Of a stretch of DNA of 64,000 bases, positions 16,321 through 28,926 are shown in pieces. The position numbers and the translations under genes are program-made. The notes below the pieces were generated by a model. It was not told the origin of the DNA. It searched no databases and saw only the letters and a list, made by a program, of their open reading frames with translations. The first letter of the stretch is position 1; each line of letters starts with the position of its first letter. This DNA comes from Phoronis australis. Lineage: Eukaryota; Animalia; Phoronida. The DNA is taken from positions 377,846 to 441,845 of the forward strand of contig NMRA01000004.1 of assembly GCA_002633005.1 (NCBI GenBank), in the 5' to 3' direction.

Positions 16321-17843
16321 TGCAAAAGTGGAACATTTTAAAAAACATTCCAAGTAACAGCAGTTTGGTAAAGCATGGTATGTGAAAGTTCCATTTGAAT
16401 CCAACTGGCCATTTCTGACAGATATAATGTCCCAAAGTTGGCAGAGTTTGGACATTTTTCTAGGGTCCTACATAACCACAAATCATTTACAATTTACTAT
16501 AAACCATACTCCTCTGGGTAAACACCCATGTTTGGCTGAACGGGCACTCATGACATTTACGAATTTTCATTTTTAAAGGCCTATGACCCAGCTTTAAAAG
16601 CCCACCCCCAATTTACACCATTGAGGCATGGTCTTTGTAAGTAACTCTCTCGCAAATTTTAGCAACCCCAAGATATGTTCAGTGACAACAGTCATTATCA
16701 TGGTCACTTGCAATATTTGGGTAGTTAAAAACCTGAAATTCTCCTACTTTTATTTGACTGTTGTCCACAAATCAAATGTAAATGTAAATGTAGCTTCAGG
16801 CCTGTTTACCAGAATTAATTGTTAGAGTAAACGCCATCCTCGACTTTTCAATAATTTTGTTTTTAAACGCCCATGCTTAGCTTAAAGCCCACCCCAATTT
16901 TTGAGTTCCTGAATTCAAGTCCCCTAGGAGCTAACCGGAATAAGTACAGAATTTAGTCTATCATTTATATTTTATTTTTATTGTTTATTCAAAGCACACG
17001 ATTAGAACTACCATTCAAAAACAAGAACTAATCTTCCTTTAGTTCCTGGTATGACAACACTCACACAGGCAAACACACACTGAAACAGTTGTGAAAATAG
17101 TTTCACTACCAATCAGAGACCTTTTTGGCTACCTCAAACTAGTTTCATTCAACTGAATGACAAGTATTGTTCTAGGTATCCTACAACTCCATGTAAAAAA
17201 TACTCAACTCACGTTAACATGGGCAATCAAAGAATTTGCAACAAATTTCCGTGATCATAACAACATTTATGCATCACATCAGTCAGTGCAAGTCCAGTGA
17301 TGTAAAAATGCATGACAATTTATCCCCAGTTATATATATAGCTTGTTTATACACCTGTACCATACCCATGAAATTATAGTGACCAAGTCAATATACAAAC
17401 GATGCCTACGCTAAACATACATGAATGTTACAGCTTCAGGCGCTCAGGTCACTACTTTGCTATTTAACAAAACGACATGACGCACAAAATTTTATTATAT
17501 TTTGATCCCTTAGAGCTCATTGTTGACACACAGCAGACGTGTAAAAGCCAGATTTTGCTTAAAGCTGCATTTTGCAATGTTTAGCTGGCTAAAAAACTCA
17601 CAATATTCCTTAAAGGGATAAGATTCTACGTCCATTATCGACTCGAGTCACAGGCTGTGTCTACATGTGCCATTTTCATTGAAATTTGCATTTACCATTT
17701 CTGAATTCACAATTGCAAAAAGATCTTGGATTTTTCCCATGCAAGTAACACTGGGGGGATTTTAGGACTAGAAACTTATACAAAAAATATGTGTTTGGAT
17801 TAGTCGGTGTGCACGGACAACAACTGCTTCCATTATATATATG

Positions 17844-18680
17844 TAGATTATTACATGTTCTCAGTCGTTATCCCCCATATTCTAGAGATCAAGTGCATTT
17901 TGAAGAATTATCGCCCGAGGGGCGTCAGCCCTGAGGGCGATAATCCTCCAAAATCCACAATGGCTGCAGATAAGGGGGATAACGGCTGAGAACATGTAAT
18001 AATCTATTTATACCATATACTGAACGAGAATGAATCGATCTACCTTTCTCGACTCGCCTTGGCTTTGTAACTACTTTCTATGTAAGAGGCCCGGGGTCGG
18101 AGGTCCTGACCTTTTAGAAAAGCCAAGCTATTTTTGTCAAATAATGCTTTTAATCAAAACCAATTGAAAATTTATACAAAATGGAAAGAAAGGGAATCTA
18201 TAAATTAAGGTTTAGCAACTACACATAGCTTACTACACATTTTATCGTCTGCTAAAGTAGGTTACCACTGGTAACTGAGTATAATGCTCAAGTTGAAGGA
18301 TCCCGACGACACGATACCCGCATTCACATTGGAGATCAGCGATTTACAAGTGAGAGAAAATGAGAGATAAATTTCACTGAATTAAAATATCGTTTTTATG
18401 GAAATTATGCATCTTATTTTTCATAGCGTATAAATGTGGGTACAATGCACTTTGCTGAACATGATATTGTTGCGTGTGCTCATTTAAGTATTGTATTTTC
18501 ACATTTGATGACGTCAGATGCTGAGTGGTGCAGTGGTATAAAGTCGACAACTCAAAACTCTTTCGGACCGGGTTCAAAACCGGCCTCGATTCCCACCAAA
18601 ATGTTATCTCACTAGTGAGATAACTAAATGGGTTATTACACGGTTGTATTGGCCATTCGAGGCTGATATTGTGGTATAAA
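17844..18680 (+). mobile_element. Non-autonomous palindromic element, putatively Crypton or other tyrosine-recombinase type
   Basis: 163-nt imperfect hairpin at 17844-18006; TTTATACCA (18007-18015) and TGGTATAAA (18672-18680) are inverted; perfect 22-bp palindrome at 18603-18624; second partial copy near 31160. Confidence 0.7.
18520..18598 (+). pseudogene. tRNA-like (pol III A/B box) module inside a repeat; second copy at 31244-31320 on the minus strand
   Basis: A-box TGGTGCAGTGGT, B-box GGTTCAAAACC (GGTTCGAAACC in copy 2), GCTGAG/CTCGRT acceptor-like pairing, ends in CCA; anticodon arm is degenerate. Confidence 0.5.
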
Positions 18681-20585
18681 AAGAATTATTGCAGATGCTC
18701 TGGTACAGCTTCTACCAGTGTGCAGTCTCCTCTGAGGTAGGCCCATTGCATTTATCACCTGGAACCATTTTATGCTATATTAATATATAGATAAAATTAA
18801 GATGAGGAACTAAAGACCTGACTAAAAGGTCTAGCAGTGTACTCCAGTGGGACCGACTCAAACCCATGATCTTGAGTAAAGGAAGCCGACACAAGGCAAC
18901 ACTGCTTCCTCTCAGTACATCCATTGTACGCTACAGAAAGAGTTGAGAAGGATTAAGGTTTACCAGGTACATAGCCAGGTATTAATTTTCAAAGTGCTCA
19001 GTAATTTAGAAGGCTATAGTATGTAAATCTGGCATAATTATTACAATTTTAGTGTTAATTTTGGCATTGTAATTTTATTTGATTGAGTCCAAAATGTCAA
19101 AATGACATTACACTAAACAATAGAATTAAACACTCAACAGTCATATCTTGCATTAGATTGTGCATTCTTTGTGTTCTGCTGTTTGACTAAATAAAGAAAC
19201 TATGTGACCACTAAAAGCTGCTCTAAAACACGGACTTTACATAAAATGTAAATCTCTGCTTATCTGGAAAGAATCAGTTGTTGCAAATTGAGAAGTAGGG
19301 ATCAATCAAATGTCAAAAAAGAAGCAATTTTCAAAGCATGTCTAGTAATTTCTCTGCTGCCACGTATCATGTGGTTGTAAAACTGTACACATTTTAGAGA
19401 GAAAATCCTGATAGACAAAAATAGACGCAGATTGTGGAGACTGCAAATTGCCAACAAGCTTGAAATGAACAGCCTAGATGAATAAATCAAGCAAACAGAA
19501 AACATCATAACTTGTCAACCCCAATGGTTTAAGTGGGAAGCTCAATGCTGTGATTTTTTCCGAAGGCCATGGAGGATAAAAAATGTCATTGCTAATCACT
19601 AAGTGAAGTGTGTGGGATTTTATCACACAAATCAGCCAAATACTCCATGCACATGAATAAAACTGTAAATACGCATCCCTGAGTGAATTTAAGAGAGCTT
19701 GTATAAAGCTATAAAACAGACAACATTATAATAGTTTTGTTCGCAAGAATAATTACTGCCAAATGACTGATTCAAAAATAACAACGCAGTGGGTGGGTGT
19801 TTCCGCCACTTTTCGAGTGAATAATTCCTGAACTACAAATCTTTCTGTCAGTTCATTAAGGTTACATCTGCAAAAAAAACTGTACATAATCTGTCAAAAA
19901 CAACTTTTGATTTGAGTTACTTACGTTATAAAATCAGTCTCATCCTTACTAAGATTAAGAAAGGATTTCTGGGCTTGAAAAGAAATGACAGTTAAATATT
20001 GCTTCAAACCATATGACTGTGGAACTTCTAACAGCGGGTTTATTTTACCCACATGTAGCTGTCAGGAATGCCAATAACCTTTCATTGCAAATAATTTCAA
20101 TTCCTTAACGTTGGAAGCTCAAATACGCCAGTGGCAAATGTCGTTTTTGACCCCACAACATGGTACATTGCCTCTTCCACAGTGGCAGGTTTACATGACC
20201 AGTGGCAAACATGTTTTTTCTATTGTTATTCTTGAGAAGAGGAACACTGGCGGACTTAGATTGTTGAGAGGCGATGCGACCAAACATTTGCAAAAGCTCA
20301 TGGTCAGGCCGTAGGTCTTTTTGCTCATACTCAGAGGGGTCAATGAGGAATGGGTATTAACCATTTCGAGCTTGGACTGGGTACTACAGAGTTTGCATAT
20401 AGTGGCTTAGTGCTGGGCAGGGACAGTAGTTAATCATGGGTGTCTTCATGCAAAATAGGCCTTTTGAAATTGACACACTAGGTCAGTGTGAACTCAGTGC
20501 TCTTAGTGAGCAACTGTCCCAGTTGGACTGTGCAACTAAACACGGCTTAATAAAGAGTTTATGATCTTAGCTGAAAAGATAATTG

Positions 20586-23511
20586 CGTAACAAAGCAAAT
20601 CACGAATGCATTGAACACCAAAACATGTATTTCACCGTGAACTGCATATATTTCAGTTCAGTTGCACAGGATATACGTTCAATTCCATACAGGCCCAAGA
20701 AAGAAACACACCCTTTCCCGAAGCCTTTTGCTAGCGAAGTGCCCCACACAAAGTCATGCCCGCATGGCCCAATTGTAACAAAGGCTATACAACGCACTGA
20801 GAGATGCAACAAAAGACATTAAGCATAAGAATAAATGAACAATAGCAACTAAATAAGCATAACAATAAACGGCATCCCGGCCCGTCACATTCTTCTCCCC
20901 TAGCAGAAAATGTTGTCCCTACTAATTTCTCTAAGCGCTCAGCGACCATTGGGTAACGCTTTCATTTTTATCCTGTCCAGAACTGTAGAATTTTTCAACA
21001 ATTTTCCCAGCACGTAACATAACACCGTATCTAGAATTTAAGTTACTAAGTAACTCATCTACATACAAATCAGATTCAAGCACTTCAGCGGCACTGCCCC
21101 TCAAAGAGTACCTGATCGGTTCATTACAGCGTTTTCCTGTTGCTCCCAACTTGTTCGATTCTATAGCCCAACAACAAGTTGGGAAGTTTACCTCTGTAGC
21201 CAATATCTTACAGGACTGATTAACTCCATCCTGGCATTTATGGTTGGAGGGCCAGCTCTCTTTTGTTTGATAATTGCCCTAATCTCCAATAACATCCTAA
21301 TCTACCCTGACTGGGCTGTACTGTTAAAAGTAAAAGTTAGGTTATAACATATTTGAACGTAAACCAATAGCACTTCTGAAATCTTCGTCAAATGGTGATC
21401 ATGTTTAGTTTTTGAATCCATCGCCAAACTCGCTCAACTGAAACCGAAGTTACGACAATCTATTCTTTCCGAATCCCACATCAATTCACTCTGAGTTTGA
21501 CTGTGTTCACACGTGGTCTGTAATACACCTGGTAGATAATTGTCCTGCTTGTTGTCTAAACAGACAAAAGATGTTGCTTGGCAGTTAACAAAGAAGCTAG
21601 ATGTTATCACACGCTCAGAAGCCCCCACGTCTGGTAAAGTCATTGAATGGGAAAACCCTGTCATGCGTCGTTTTACATAACCTGCAAACACTGAACCTCG
21701 CATAACCACTGCTGTTGAAAGGAAATTCCTGTGCTATCACTACATGAAAATGTGCTAAGCGAACAAAGTCACTATGAACAACATTACCCCCATGAGTTCA
21801 CACTCAAAAACACATGTTACTCTCAACACTGCTAGAGTCGCCAGACGCAGCAGCAGATGACATCATTTTCTTTTGAACAGGAGACAACTCGCCTATCATT
21901 GAAATCAACGATGACATATTTTCATCACTTTTACTGACACACTCACAGAGAAACGACTCATCAGTAACAGTAGCTTTTGAAATTTTCAATTTGAAATCCT
22001 TGAAATGGTTCTTACGAATGAAATTAACACACTTATTAACCAATTTGTCAGAATAAGAGACTATGTAAAGGCCGCTATAAGTTACCTCGCCAAGCATGCT
22101 TAACGCCATTGCGAATTTCATTACGGCCTTTTTCCATTGCTCCCAACTTGTTCGATCCTATAATTGCCCAACAAATTGGAAAGATGACCGCAGTAGCCAA
22201 TGATATCTTACACGACTGATTATCTCCATTCTGGCATTTATGATAGAAGGGCCGGCTCTATTTTGTCCGATAATTGCTCTAATCTCTTATCAGATCGTAT
22301 CTAGCCTGGGCTGTGCTGCTAAAAATGAAAGTTAAGTTATAACACATTTGAACATAAACCAATAGCATTTCTGAATTCCTTGTCAATTAAATGCTGATCA
22401 TGTTTAGTTTTTGAATAACCATGCAAAATTGCCCAACTACAGCAGAAGTTAAGACAATCCATTCTACCAGTTTTCAGTAACCCTTTGAAGCCTGGGAGAT
22501 AATTGGCATGCTTGTTGTCATACAGGACAAAAGACTGTGCTGGGCAGTTAACAAAGGAGCCAGATGTTATCGCACGTTCAGAACCCCTCACTTCTGGAAA
22601 AGTTGCCGAATGACAGAACGCCGTCATGTCAGCAGGCAGAAAATTCAGCAACTCACACTCTGGCACGTCAGGAACAATCACACATTTGTCACACAGGGAA
22701 TCCATGACAAAGAATGAAATGCAAGGACCATGAACAATCTTAGAAAAAACCACACTAATGTGAGATAACATGACCTCCGTACTGCATGAAAATAGACATG
22801 TTCATGAAATTAAAGCACTCTCAATACAAGGGATATGGAGAGAACTTATATCAGGCAATAATAAAAAAATTCAGTGATGCAAAACAAGTGAGTTCAGTTT
22901 CCCGCAGAATAGGGCGTCGTCAAACACATAGTCCTGAAAACTTCCGTTCCTCTTGGTGAGCACAAGGATATGTAATTCACGACAACACCACGAACTTGTG
23001 ACCATGGTAATAGCAAAGGAAGACAGTGCCCATTCGAGAGAAAATTCTTACCCAAGCCGTAAGACACAAAGCTTGTAAAGTCAGGTAGCAGTTCAATCTA
23101 CCATGCAAGGCCATAGCACGGCCATAGTTTGTTAGATGTCATCACCAAACAAAAGTTCCCATAGGATCGCAGCATGTTGGGCACCAAATATAACAAAGGA
23201 AATCTCCAGACTGAACACCACAATGTGTATTTCACCTCAACGCATACATTGCAGTTCAGTTGCACATGACATACGCTGAATTCCATATAGGCCAAAGACG
23301 GAAACACACCCTTCTTAGAAGCCTGTTGATAGCAAAGAAGTGCCTCAGACACATGCATACAGTCACGCTCCCATGGCCACGTAACAAAGACTAGGCTATA
23401 CAGTGCACTGAGACGAAACAAAAGACATTAAGCATAGGAATAAATGAACAATAGCAACTAAATAAGCATAACAATAAACAAAGTACACCTACTAACGTGA
23501 GTCCCATCACA
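20586..23511 (-). mobile_element. Deleted, non-autonomous Gypsy-type LTR retrotransposon
   Basis: Diverged LTRs at 23189-23511 (starts TGTGATGGG) and 20586-20889 (starts TGTGACGGG). TSD is ATTG (20582-20585 and 23512-23515). PBS TGGTGCCCAACATG (23173-23186) resembles the tRNA-Lys(CUU) PBS. PPT GGGGAGAAGAA at 20890-20900. No pol seen. Confidence 0.88.
20935..21120 (-). pseudogene. PNMA-like Gypsy gag capsid fragment
   Basis: IRYSLRGSAAEVL...VDELLSNLNSRYGV...EKFYSSGQDKNESVTQW matches the recalled SLRG.A..V / FY...Q...ESV..W gag pattern. Confidence 0.75.
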
Positions 23512-23917
23512 ATTGTTTTGTTGCCCCCTATGGATTCTGTTCTGAGAGCTGGAATGCCATGAGGAATGAGTATTGAGCACCCATTTGTAATAAAATTGTA
23601 GGAAATGTTTTAAGTAACTTGTAAGCAAGGTCTGTCATTGGTGGCACAGCTCTGAAAAAAGTGGGGGCTAAAGCCCCTCTTGGTGCACCGCTTATGGACC
23701 ATGTGTGCATAGCACTGAAAAAAGTGGGGGCTATAGCTCCCCCAGCCCCCTGTGGTGCGCCGACCATCTCACAAAGCAACTTTTGGGGAAATTTTGAGCA
23801 TTTGAACCCATGTTATACTGAGTCTTGCAAAATAAGGAAAAGGCAGTTAAGTACAGCAATTACTTTTGTCTTATTTCATAGGAGTTTTGTGGTATGCAGC
23901 ATCTGATAAAATGGATT

Positions 23918-24041
23918 NNNNNNNNNNNNNNNNNNNNNNNNNNNNNNNNNNNNNNNNNNNNNNNNNNNNNNNNNNNNNNNNNNNNNNNNNNNNNNNNNNN
24001 NNNNNNNNNNNNNNNNNNNNNNNNNNNNNNNNNNNNNNNNN
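23918..24041. other. Assembly gap (124 N)
   Basis: Run of N; single n also at 3716 and 53156. Confidence 1.
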
Positions 24042-24468
24042 GGGGGCGAAAGAGTCCAAACCCCCCCTGCTCAGCTACTTTTGTCATTACTGCAATGGAG
24101 GAAAGTGCCCCCTGATTTCAGACTGCTCTCTGGTCATTATCCTAGCAGATCTGAGCACCAGCAATGAGTGATGAGATATCTTCCACACTCTCTCTCCGGT
24201 GACTGTGAGTTCTCATAATAGCCATTCCTGCCATTCAGACATGCATCTTTTGTGAGTTTGGTATAGAACAAGTTTCTTGCAAAAAATGAGATCACGCAAG
24301 ACCATAAAAAATCATCCGAATGAAAGGAGAAATGGACGCCACTGATTGGGACTCAGGAATGTTGAATTACATGGGATGGGAGATAATTAACACTTTCTGT
24401 TGCATACTAAGTCAGGACTACTCATCTTAAGTTTCTGGTGAGTGTCATGCATTCATGGCCAAGCCTAA

Positions 24469-24887
24469 AGTCCCGTTTAGACATCAACTTTTGCCAAAAG
24501 GGCCCGGCGCAACTGACACGGAGCAAATTGACCCATGTCAAGCGGCCATTTACACACAACTCACTAACTGTGGCAAGACGGAAATTGCAGGCTGGAGAGA
24601 CTGGATCGCACATGTGCAGGTTTACAAATGACGAGAGTTTCAGAGACATTAGAACCCATACGTAGGTCATTAGGCAAGCGCAGTAGAGATGATCCTTTCC
24701 GCCTTGCCCCACTTTCGTGTTTAGACATATAATTGACACGGAGTAAGATGTTTGGGCGCAAATTGCTCTATCTCACAAACGGGTGGCAAAAATTTGTCAA
24801 TTTGCTCCGTGTCAGTCCGTTTACACACTGGAACAACTCGTTCTGTGTCAGCTGATCCGTGTCAACTTTGTAAGTGTAAACGGCACT
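24469..24887. mobile_element. PIF/Harbinger-type MITE
   Basis: TIR AGTCCCGTTTAGAC / GTGTAAACGGCACT (12/14 match); TSD TAA; internal TGACACGGAG repeats in both orientations. Confidence 0.8.
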
Positions 24888-24916
24888 TAATAGAGTGGGG
24901 TTACTATGGGGGTGGA

Positions 24917-25319
24917 CAGCAAATAAATGTGGTGGCCCACTGGGCCAGTTAGTCTGAAAAGTTACTGGCCCGGCTGCAAGATGCTGGCCCAGCTTTTAAC
25001 ATCCCAACTATATTTTTCTCAATTTTTTCCATTTATACTAAATGCAGATTAGAGCTTGAGGACCATTTTTGTTTCGTTTTTAGCTTTTGGTGAGGATTTA
25101 TTACCCACAATTAAGGTTTAAAAGTAAACTCGTTGTCATTCAAGTGGTGAGAGGCAAACAAAATTAGCCAATAGACTTTTTTGAATTAATTGAATATGAG
25201 ACCACATCCACACAGAGCCCATTATCTGAAAGTTACTTGGCCGCGGGACAGTAACTTTAAAAGTTACTGGCCTGGCCACAAATCCACTGGCCCCTGGCCA
25301 CCGTGAATTTCGAACGCTG
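24917..25319. mobile_element. Degenerate hAT-like element
   Basis: Clustered ACTGGCCC/GGGCCAGT subterminal repeats; ends TTTCGAACGCTG. Confidence 0.5.
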
Positions 25320-28300
25320 GATGTACGGTGGACATTTTAGAAACCTCCCTTACGAAAATGCAACAGTAGCCTTACAATTAATAGAAGAGTCCCTGGACTG
25401 CCATCTTCAATGACACCAGCCAAATTCTCAATGTTGCACGGCGTACTTTTTGCAGTCCAAATATTTTCTGTAAAAAATGTTCTTAACTTTCTCATAGTTT
25501 TAATGCTAATTGTCCATCAGCATAAATTGCAGAAATAAATTATCAGGATATTACACAGCATATTTAATAAGCTTAGAATCTGGCTAACTGAATGCCTCCA
25601 CTTGTTGGATCATACAGCAGTGTCAATGCCTGGTCACAAGGTCAAGGAAGACCTTGTCTTCTGTTACAGGAAAACTGATTTTGAATAATTATTACAGGTT
25701 GAAAAAGGAGTTCATAAACAACAAGTTACACAAACAAAATTTTTACTTTTTATGACTTGGTGTGTGATGTCATTGAAAGGTTACATGAACCCAACCTTCT
25801 TTCTACCGCCATAATACTAGTTATAGTTTGTTCCATAATCTAGTTATAGTTTGTTCCTAAATGATTTCTGGGCTTCAATACAACTTGGTTTGATATTGCT
25901 TGAAAGCAAACTTAATACATAAAATGGTAATAGTCAGATATAATGTGCCCGTATTTTTCTCCACTGAATAACAGGAATCAAAGTGGTTCTCGGAATCTGG
26001 GTACGTTATATCTTGCTATTGCCCATGAAATCACCCAATTTAACAAGGCAACTTTTTCAGCAAGCAATTATATAGAAAATGTTTAATACTTCCCAAGCCC
26101 ATAATTCATATCTGATCTGACTAGTTTTATAACCAAAAGTGGTGTAAATTAACCATTCAGTTCTTTGGTAGAAAGCCGGTTTGTAGCACCTTTAAAGAAT
26201 TGAGACACTTTAGGTGCAGTTGCTTAGCAATATGTCATTGTATGGGTCTCTTGAAAGATATGCATTATTCACACTCCCATCTGCTCCTTCTCAGAAACTC
26301 AAAAACTTAGATTTCAAATAAATGCTAATTGAGAATTCCTAAATACAATCAGCAAAGTAGCAGGGGTTTGCTTCATTGTTTTTTGAATTTTCAAGCCTCA
26401 ACACTCGTTTCATGCACACTTATGATGTACGAAAAGGAATTTTGGTAATGAAATTTTTAAAGTTCCCAACAAAATTCATCCTCACTTTGCCACATCCAGC
26501 AGAGTGCAAAGTAAATGCTGAAATACCCTGTTGATTTAAAAGCCAAATTAGCTCCAGCATCTTTGTGGTTAACACAGCAACAAAAGAGCAACATTCCTGT
26601 ATTGATTTCTGATGCAGAATAACTGGAGAGACAGTTCCAAATATGAGCAAAGTACTTACCAGTTGGTCTGTACCGCACTTCCGCTTGTCATCCTTGAACT
26701 TCTATAGGCCTAGTGCATATTTCATCAAATCCAGAGTTGGAAGGCTGGGACACCACTTGCGGTTGTGCTGAGCCACGAATCACCCCCCTTCCAAGTGTAG
26801 AGACGGTACCACAATAGATGAACACGCGTCAGGGACTGGTCAATAAGTTTGTGGCATCTGTCCAGGTGTTTGACTAAAGATTCCTTTACACACGGTATGG
26901 AGGCAACATAAGGATTCACGTGGGCAGGTCCAAAGTGAGGGGTGTGCCATTGGCTGTCTAATGGAAAACTGTTTGAAGTAATTAACATAAATTCTATGAA
27001 TGGAGATATACTGTGAACAATGGGTAACATGGTGTACAGGAATAGTATTAATTTTTTATGTGATTCTGAAAAGTAATTAACATACATTCCAAGAATAGGC
27101 GACAAAAACACAATAGGCAACTGGTAAGCTTAAGATAGCATTAAAAGTAGTCGTGTTTTATTCGATTCTGAATGGACTGATTTCTCGAAAAATGGCTGAA
27201 TTAGTATAAATTTTGTGAATGAACACAAAGGGCATATCCACATGTACTCACACTGCGAACATTCTGCAAAGCAAATGCTTCCATTACTTTTGCAATTTCT
27301 TGTCTATTGATACATTCAAAGAGTCCTATTTCCTTGACTTGAAGATATTTTGAGAGGAAACAGAGGCTATGTTTCAAATATTTTGATTACACTGAGGACA
27401 GTTACAAAGCAGTAATGAACATAACATAAGAAAATAAATTACAAGGAAAACAAACATATAAACCACAAAACCAAGAAAACAAAGAGTAATGGTGAAAGTG
27501 AAACATCTCACTAGGGCTGGAATAACAGACAAACACAAGCAAAGATATTGGTTATGTACAGAACAAAACTTGTGAAAGAAATCTGACACATCACATTTTT
27601 TAAGCCAAAGACAGTGATAATTGGTCAAGTCAAACTGTAAAACATTAGTTTGTGGAGGCAAATCTTAAACCCCAAATCCTATCAACAAAGTCAACTGAAG
27701 TTGAGCCACATTGTTAAAATGTAGATCAAAAACTCACAGCATTTACTGAACAAAAATATCTTTAAATATTGTATTCCACGTGGGTTTAATACACCTTTTC
27801 ATAGTTTCAAGTGACTGGGCCCACATTACCATGCACGTATTTAGACCCTTATACATGTATCTAAAATGAAAAATTTTGCTCATTCAGTGTTTCGCATAGT
27901 TAGGCGCTTGACCAATTTCTTTAATTATAAGCTCAGCCAGCTATCTGCTGCATGTGTGCTTGTCTTAAACGTCAGTGTTTTTTTCTCGTTTGTGTCCACT
28001 CTTAATACCTTCTATTAAATAGAAGTAAATTGAACACATGTTGACTTTAAATGAGCAGGTAAATCTTTGTAGAAAATAAGGGACAGCCTGTAATTATTTC
28101 CACCAGACTAGGTTTCTTACATTGGAAATACAAACGGTTTGGTAATGCGCTGTCTGCAGTTGATCTGGGTGGGTGGGGTGTAATTTGTAAACGCATGACT
28201 TTCAAAATAATTCTGCTCATTTTTTCTCACTAAATAATGCTTTAATTTCAGATAAAGGAACAGTTTCACACATAGGCACGTGTGGGCCTAAATATGGATA

Positions 28301-28339
28301 TCCTGTACGGGTTTTAAATAATAAGGTTATGTAATTGCT

Positions 28340-28740
28340 TATTGACAAGTGTGTACTGAGCCAAATATAAATAAAACTATAAATATTAACTCAGTAAAAG
28401 TAATATATTTTCTGAAAGTAGAAAGTCTGTGAATTTGATGTTTTGCTATTTACCAATTGACTATTAATTGGGTCATGTAACCATATCTTTTTGTAAAATT
28501 TAGCAAAAAACACGAAAGGTATGTGGATAACAAAACAACAGAATTGAAGTGACAGTATCAATTTAGATTTGTTACAAATGTTTAGGATGAGATCTCAAAA
28601 ACGCTGTTATTTTATGAAATATGATTTCATTTTGGTTTTATGCAACTTTGCTTTCTTCATGAAAATCATAAAAGTTCTATTCTTGAAAATCCATTGTGCA
28701 AATGAGGAACATTTTAAAAAATAATTCCTAACACTGTTAT
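28340..28740. repeat. Old dispersed repeat; other copies at about 15880-16480 and, inverted, about 59630-60130
   Basis: Shared blocks such as ATTAATTGGGTCwTGTrACCAT, GTAAAATT.AGCAAAAA and TTCATGAAAATCATAAAA. Confidence 0.6.
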
Positions 28741-28769
28741 GGAGAACAGTGTATAGAATATAATGGTTC

Positions 28770-28926
28770 AACAGGGGCGGATCCAGGGTTTTTTCAAAGA
28801 GGGGTCGGATCAAGGATTTTAAAAAGGGGTCCAAGACAACAATTTGAAAATTCTAGATTTGATATCACTAAAATCAGGAGAAAAAGGGGGACGGGATTCC
28901 TTTGAGCCCCCTTGGATCTACCTATG
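28770..28926. mobile_element. GC-rich MITE
   Basis: CAGGGGCGGATCCAGGG ... CCCTTGGATCTACCTATG imperfect TIRs; a similar end (CTAGATCTGCCACTG) lies at about 32381-32395. Confidence 0.65.

Larger units (their letters stand above)
1378..26957 (-). ncRNA. Candidate spliced non-coding transcript or multi-exon 5'UTR; exons 26660-26957, 13284-13349, 8245-8448, 7383-7449 and a last exon starting at 2002
   Basis: Acceptor/donor pairs on one strand (ccattag/gtaagt, ttctagcag/gtgaga, tttgcag/gtaagg, tttccag/gtgagt, tttgtctag) around more GC-balanced blocks; no long ORF; AATAAA at 1378-1383. Based on splice signals only. Confidence 0.3.

Noticed and set aside
18520-18598. Functional tRNA gene
   Set aside because: The anticodon arm does not pair, it differs between copies, and it is embedded in a repeat; retained only as tRNA-like.
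20290-20560. Possible SINE body
   Set aside because: No clear A/B boxes, tail or second copy in the window, so it cannot be supported.
23860-24171. ORFs spanning the N run
   Set aside because: These are artefacts of the assembly gap.
24975-24994. miR-31 lookalike TGCAAGATGCTGGCCCAGCT
   Set aside because: It has a seed-position mismatch plus 3' mismatches, lies among MITE subterminal repeats, and has no clear star arm.
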